The position numbers were made by a program, and so were the translations under genes. 64,000 bases of DNA from an uncultured Poribacteria bacterium (GTDB taxonomy: Bacteria > Poribacteria > WGA-4E > WGA-3G), in NCBI GenBank assembly GCA_958296135.2, contig CATQHZ020000001.1:2304001-2368000 (forward strand), in the 5' to 3' direction. The notes beneath the pieces are model-generated. The model did no database searches and was not told the origin of the DNA. It worked only from the letters and a program-made list of their open reading frames with translations. Below, one piece after another: positions 59,026 through 64,000 of this stretch; positions within the stretch are counted from its first letter, which is position 1, and the number at the start of each line of letters is the position of its first letter.

Positions 59026-60111
59026 ATGAAACAGGTCACGCTTTATCGCGAGCCGGGCCGCTTTGCCGGCTGGCCCGCAAACTACGGTATTTGGGCATGG
59101 GATAACGAAATCGTCGTCGGGTTCACTGTCGGCTACCACAAATCGGATGCAGGCTTTCATCGCCGCGACCGGGATAAACCGTTCACTGCGATGCAGGCGC
59201 GCAGCCTTGATGGCGGCGAAACATGGAGCGTCTCCGAGACACCGTGCCGCCTCCCCGGCAAAGGCACACTGTCTGCCAACGAACACGGACAGAATCAGCA
59301 CAGCGTGGCGGCGGCGGATGTTTACGAATCGCCGCGGCGCGTCAATTTCACGCACCCTGATTTTGCGATGATGTGCAGTAGAGCAGGATTGACAGCCGGC
59401 TCCTACTCGTGGTTTTATACCTCCACAGATAGATGCAAAAGTTGGGAGGGCCCGTTTCGGCTGCCCGATTTCGGCTACACCGGCATCGCCGCCCGCACCG
59501 ATTACCTCGTCTCCAATTCCGACGAATGCCTGCTTTTCCTCACCGCCTCCAAAGCGAACGGACAAGAAGGCCTGATATTCTGTGCGCGCACGGTTGATGG
59601 CGGCATCTCCTTCTCGCGACACGCGCAAATCGGGCCGGAACCGAAAGGGTTCGCCATCATGCCAGCAAGCGTGCGGCTGTCCGATTCACACATTTTGGTA
59701 GCAGTGCGGTGCCGAGGCGGCGGCAAGTCGCCTGAAAATTGGCAAAATCGGGAAAACTGGATCGATCTTTACGCTTCAGCCGACAACGGACACACATGGC
59801 ACTATAAAAACCGCCCCGTGGAAAACACTGGGAACGGTGGAAATCCGCCGACCTTGACGCTTCTGCACGACAGAACCCTGTGTCTTATCTACGGCTATCG
59901 GGATGCCCCCCATCGCATCTGTGCTAAGCTGAGCAGCGATGCAGGCGAGACGTGGAGCGGTGAAATCGTCCTGCGCGATAACGGGGCAGACCACGACATC
60001 GGCTACCCCCGCACTGTGCAACGCCCAGATGGCACCATCGTAACAGTCTATTATTTTGATGAGGAACCTGATGGCGAAAGGTTTATTGAGGCAACGTTGT
60101 GGAAGCCGTAA
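59026..60111 (+). CDS. BNR/Asp-box sialidase-like protein
   Basis: Asp boxes RSLDGGETW, STDRCKSW, SADNGHTW, SSDAGETW; DIGYP. Confidence 0.85.
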   Translation: MKQVTLYREPGRFAGWPANYGIWAWDNEIVVGFTVGYHKSDAGFHRRDRDKPFTAMQARSLDGGETWSVSETPCRLPGKGTLSANEHGQNQHSVAAADVYESPRRVNFTHPDFAMMCSRAGLTAGSYSWFYTSTDRCKSWEGPFRLPDFGYTGIAARTDYLVSNSDECLLFLTASKANGQEGLIFCARTVDGGISFSRHAQIGPEPKGFAIMPASVRLSDSHILVAVRCRGGGKSPENWQNRENWIDLYASADNGHTWHYKNRPVENTGNGGNPPTLTLLHDRTLCLIYGYRDAPHRICAKLSSDAGETWSGEIVLRDNGADHDIGYPRTVQRPDGTIVTVYYFDEEPDGERFIEATLWKP

Positions 60112-61549
60112 GGGCGAAACAGACGAGCCGATTCTTACCGCGAACGTAGAGCAACCCATTTGCCAAGACAGGAGCCGCCCAAGCGGGATGCTGAATCAAC
60201 GCTTTCCCGTTTTCATCAGTCGGCATCGCCTGGGCGCACTGCTCCAATGTTTCGGGGGTGCATCGGAGCAGCATCAACCGTCCAAATTCGCCGAGGTAGA
60301 TGAAGTAATCGTTCACCCAGAGTAGCGAAGCGCGCTCGTCAACCCGATGTGTCCACATCACCTTGCCGGTTTTGAGTTCAACGCACCGCAACGCCGCGCC
60401 GTTGGAATGCCGCCCGCTACAGCCATAGAGATAGCCTTCGTGATGAATAGCGGTGTTCCAATGCAGTTCCATCGCCTTTTCACGGCGGCGCGATGTATCT
60501 TTCCAGACGACTCGGTACCCGCCCGGGCGCACTTGAATAACCGAACTGCCTATCCCATACGACTCGCTGATGAAAACCAGGTCATCGGCAACGACAGGGG
60601 TTGAGGCGTTAACCGATTCAATTTTGGGGTGCCGCCACGGGTAGTGGAAGTCAATCTTGCCGGTGGCGGGCTCAAAACCGAGAAGGCCGCCGCGGAGGAA
60701 CGCCAATCCCCATCGCCGCCCTTTGATAGTGGTGATAATGGGGCTCGCGTAACTCGCGAGTTCATCAGCAGTCTGGTAGACAACCTCCCCAGTGTGCTTG
60801 TTAAAAGCGACGATGCCGCTGCCGTTCGGCTTCGGTTTACCGTTCGCGCCCCAGATATCCTCCGGGCTCCCCGGCGGCGAACCGCCAATCTGCACGATGA
60901 GCAGTTCGCCTCCCACAACAGGCGCGGAGGCAACGCCGAAAAAGTTTTGGACGACATGAAACCGCGCTGCCGTATCCACTCGCCACAAAAGTGTCCCATC
61001 AGAAACGTTCACGCAGTGCAACATCCCCGCCGCGCCGAAGATATAGACGCGCTCGCCATCAACGACGGGACAACACCGCGGGCCGTTGTTATAGCCATAC
61101 ATATCCTCGTAGTCCGTCGGATATTCAAACCGCCAGAGTTCGGTGCCGGTCTGGCTATTCAAACAGGACAGGCGTGCCATGTCTCCGTGCCGAGCGAAGA
61201 TAAATAACTTTCCGTTCGCGACGGTAGGCGCGCCGTAACTGGTGCCGGTCTGTGTATGCCAGACGACGCGCGGACCGGCTAGCGGCCACGGCGCAACATC
61301 TAGCTTCTCAGGGGATTTGCCGTTCTGGTCCGGGCCGAGAAAACTCGGCCAATCGGAACCTTCCGCAATACCGTAGCGGAGAAGACTGAGAAACAGGAGG
61401 ACAGAGAAAAAGCACCTCGCGGCCCGTAGCGCGAGGGCCTGGCCCTCGCGATATGTTGATAACAAAGAACGGCCCCAGCTCAGGAGAAGACTACGTTTTC
61501 TGCACAGGACAGCGCAGGACCGCGCCCTACGGTGAATAAGTGTTTTCAT
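60083..61549 (-). CDS. PQQ-binding-like beta-propeller protein (BamB-like repeats)
   Basis: DWPSFLGP, repeated TG..LW, YASP, WAAPVLANGLLYVR; REP-derived N-terminus; start uncertain. Confidence 0.8.
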   Translation of the reverse strand: MKTLIHRRARSCAVLCRKRSLLLSWGRSLLSTYREGQALALRAARCFFSVLLFLSLLRYGIAEGSDWPSFLGPDQNGKSPEKLDVAPWPLAGPRVVWHTQTGTSYGAPTVANGKLFIFARHGDMARLSCLNSQTGTELWRFEYPTDYEDMYGYNNGPRCCPVVDGERVYIFGAAGMLHCVNVSDGTLLWRVDTAARFHVVQNFFGVASAPVVGGELLIVQIGGSPPGSPEDIWGANGKPKPNGSGIVAFNKHTGEVVYQTADELASYASPIITTIKGRRWGLAFLRGGLLGFEPATGKIDFHYPWRHPKIESVNASTPVVADDLVFISESYGIGSSVIQVRPGGYRVVWKDTSRRREKAMELHWNTAIHHEGYLYGCSGRHSNGAALRCVELKTGKVMWTHRVDERASLLWVNDYFIYLGEFGRLMLLRCTPETLEQCAQAMPTDENGKALIQHPAWAAPVLANGLLYVRGKNRLVCFALTASTTLPQ

Positions 61550-61848
61550 GACTATCTCGCCTTTATCTCTAACAAAAAAAATCCCCGGCCCCCGTAGCGC
61601 GAGGGCCGTCACGCCGAAACTTTGTCATCTCTGCAGCCTCGCTGCAGAGATGTCCACTGTCCCTCGCGATATGTTGATAACAAAGAACGGCCCCAACTCA
61701 AGAGAAGACTACGTTTTCTTCTCAGGACAGCGCACGGCGAGGCACAGGACCTCGCCCTACGGTGAATAAGTGTTTTCATGACTATCTCGCCTTACAGCGC
61801 AGGACCTCGCCCTACGGTGAATAGGTGTTTTCATGACTATCTCGCCTT
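61423..61848. repeat. REP cluster with triplicated gene junction
   Basis: cgccctacggtgaata[a/g]gtgttttcatgactatctcgcctt at ~61523, ~61753, ~61808. Confidence 0.85.
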
Positions 61849-62865
61849 AAGCTCTTCCCACGCGCGGTTATAGTGCCGCGTCCAATCCCCCGGGTCTTTC
61901 AGCCATTCCAGCGACTCCAAAACCTCTTTCGGTGGATAGATGAATTCGTGCTCGCGCAAAGATTCAGGCAGGTGCTCCTTCGCCGCCGGTACACACGTTC
62001 CATATTTCGTGAAGACTGTAATCTTCGCATTGATTTCCGGGCGCAGCAGGTAGTTAATAAACTGCGCGGCAAGTGCCCTGTGCGGCGCGGCTCTCAGAAT
62101 GCAGACAGCGTCGATAAACTGGCTCGAGCCTTCCTTCGGAATGACATAGCGAATAGTGGTGCGCGTTTCGGCGGCACGGAACGCATCGCCGCTCCAGCAG
62201 TGCGCCATCGCCACATCCCCAGCGACAAGCAACTCCTCCGCCTCGCTTTTATACTGCTTCACGAGCGGTTTCTGGGCAATTAATTTCTCCTTCGCCGCTT
62301 GGAGCTCCTTCACATCAGTTGTGTTGAGGCTATACCCGAGCAGTTTGAGGGCGACACCGAGCGTCTCACGCTGGTCATCGAGCATACTGAACTGGTTCGC
62401 GTACTTCTCATCCCAGAGGACGTTCCAACTATCGGGCGCGGGTTGGACGACATCCGAATCATAGGCGATGCCGGCGGTGCCGAACGTATACGGCACGGAA
62501 TAGCGGTTCTCGGTATCAAAGTATTTGCCGAGGAACAGCGGACTGACGTTCTGAAAATTCGGGATAGCCTCCCGCTCTAATTCTGCCAACAGGTCCAACT
62601 TGATTAAAATCGATACCATGTAGTCGGACGGCATGATAACATCGTAGCCGGTGGCACCGGCTTGGAGTTTTGCAAGCAGGTCTTCGTTGCTAGCGTAGGT
62701 ATCCACGATGACATCAACGCCGAATTCCTTTTCAAACCCGGTGCGGATGTCGTCGCTGACGTAACCTGCCCATGTGAAGATGTTGAGTTGCTCGTCTTTG
62801 GCATCGCCTTGTCCGATGGAGAGAGCGATGAAAGCGAGCGTTAAGAGCAGACATTTTGTTCGCAT
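61837..62865 (-). CDS. Spermidine/putrescine ABC transporter substrate-binding protein (PotD/PotF-like)
   Basis: LNIFTWAGY, SNEDLLAKL, GYDVIMPSDYMV, YSVPY, WSGDA, IPKEG, FINYLLRPE. Confidence 0.88.
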   Translation of the reverse strand: MRTKCLLLTLAFIALSIGQGDAKDEQLNIFTWAGYVSDDIRTGFEKEFGVDVIVDTYASNEDLLAKLQAGATGYDVIMPSDYMVSILIKLDLLAELEREAIPNFQNVSPLFLGKYFDTENRYSVPYTFGTAGIAYDSDVVQPAPDSWNVLWDEKYANQFSMLDDQRETLGVALKLLGYSLNTTDVKELQAAKEKLIAQKPLVKQYKSEAEELLVAGDVAMAHCWSGDAFRAAETRTTIRYVIPKEGSSQFIDAVCILRAAPHRALAAQFINYLLRPEINAKITVFTKYGTCVPAAKEHLPESLREHEFIYPPKEVLESLEWLKDPGDWTRHYNRAWEELKAR

Positions 62866-62900
62866 TTGTGTTATTTCCTATTTCGCGCGCTTGTAGCAAG

Positions 62901-63123
62901 GCGAGGGACAGTGGACATCTCTGCAGCGAGGCGGCAGAGATGACAACGTTAAAGTAAGTAAGGTAGCGTGTTTACGCGGGGCGACACACGCACATTTTCT
63001 GTAGACGTGACCGTGTTTACGCGAGGCGACACACGCACATTTTCTGTAGACGTGACCGTGTTTACGCGGGGCGACACACGCACGTTTACTGTAGACGTGA
63101 CCGTAACGGCCCTCGCCCTACGG
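62901..63123. repeat. REP with loop insert containing a 3 x 45-bp tandem repeat
   Basis: Units at 62967, 63012, 63057 (cgtgtttacgcggggcgacacacgcacattttctgtagacgtgac) between REP arms. Confidence 0.85.
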
Positions 63124-63134
63124 GTGCAAAAAAA

Positions 63135-63497
63135 CTAATCGGCTGCTTCCGTTGGTAAACCTTCCGCTTGCCATCCACGGAAACCGCCGGTGAGTACAGA
63201 GACGTTATCATAGCCCATGATTTTCAAGGTGTTCGCCGAGAGAGTGGCGCGGGTGCCGCCGCCGCAGTAGGTGACAATGTGTGCATCCTGGTCTGGTGCA
63301 ACCTCGTCGATATCCAATTCAAGGTAGCCGCGCGGTAGCGAGACAGCGTTCGGCAGATGTTCTGCGTCGTAATCCGCTTCGTCGCGGACATCAATGAGAA
63401 TGACAGGGTGTTCCGCTTCCGTGAGTTCCTCGGCGGAGATGTGTCCGACGTTTGCTTTCGCTTCAGCGAGTAATTGTTGCAGGTTTTTTCCTCGCAT
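63135..63497 (-). CDS. Rhodanese-like domain protein
   Basis: LIDVRD, HLPNA, YCGGGTRA, LTGGFRGW; AGGAGG SD. Confidence 0.9.
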   Translation of the reverse strand: MRGKNLQQLLAEAKANVGHISAEELTEAEHPVILIDVRDEADYDAEHLPNAVSLPRGYLELDIDEVAPDQDAHIVTYCGGGTRATLSANTLKIMGYDNVSVLTGGFRGWQAEGLPTEAAD

Positions 63498-63777
63498 TCA
63501 GTATCCTCCTTATTGCATTTGCGTTTATTTTAGCAGAATGTGGCGGTATATGTCAAGGTTTTTCTCGTACGCGCAAAAATCTCACCTTCGCGCGATTATT
63601 GCAAAAAACTTGACAAAATTTGCATTTTCTGCAATAATCTTACCAACAGATTTGGGACGCTGTGAGCGGCCCCCCAGTAGGAGAGACCTCCCGGTCTTGA
63701 CATTTGCCGAACTCCCGCGTCTTGACATTTGCCGAACTGAACGCTTTTCTTGAATGGATAAAAAGGAGACATAACCC

Positions 63778-64000
63778 GTGAAAACGACACTTTTTTTCCT
63801 CTCAACGCTACTGATCCTTTCCGTGCTCTTTTTTCTCCCGTGCAGTTTCGCCCAAGATTACACGCAATGGGCGTTACCGGAGGGTGCCAAACTGCGTCTC
63901 GGCAAAGGCTATATCAATGAGATGCAGTTTTCCCCGGATGGCAAACTGCTAGCCGTCGCGAGTTCCATCGGGGTGTGGCTCTATGACACAGAAACGTATC
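63778..64000 (+). CDS. Secreted WD40-repeat protein (5' part, runs off window)
   Basis: AAGGAG SD, GTG; signal peptide then QDYTQWALPEGAKLRLGKG...FSPDGKLLAVASSIGVWLYD. Confidence 0.8.
   Translation, partial: MKTTLFFLSTLLILSVLFFLPCSFAQDYTQWALPEGAKLRLGKGYINEMQFSPDGKLLAVASSIGVWLYDTETY

Overview
Bacterial, GC-rich 64 kb window. The repertoire suggests Candidatus Poribacteria or a similar lineage (inference only): lamin-tail, dockerin, cadherin-FN3 and WD40 secreted proteins with a 'LLPNYPNPFNPETW' C-terminal domain, and dense GTAG-type REP palindromes. Contents in order: partial ABC exporter; gnd-HAD-2-hydroxyacid dehydrogenase operon; a 1227-aa lamin-tail protein; a ~6160-aa cadherin/FN3 giant surface protein whose promoter-like element is triplicated; two coiled-coil membrane paralogues; a tandem pair of AAA-ATPase/PD-(D/E)XK genes; a Type ISP-like and a Type IIG-like restriction-modification fusion; and assorted metabolic and secreted genes. 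The most striking feature is a single-promoter, ~645-bp-period tandem array of 8 (7 intact, 1 internally deleted) mosaic ~201-aa PD-(D/E)XK-like genes directly downstream of the Type IIG-like gene. A second theme is REP elements sitting in-frame in coding sequences (gnd, a GT2, a PQQ-propeller signal peptide), and REPs that themselves carry a recurrent 50-bp hairpin insert. No rRNA, tRNA, CRISPR, integrase, transposase or reverse transcriptase was recognised. All family assignments are from motif reading, not from searches.
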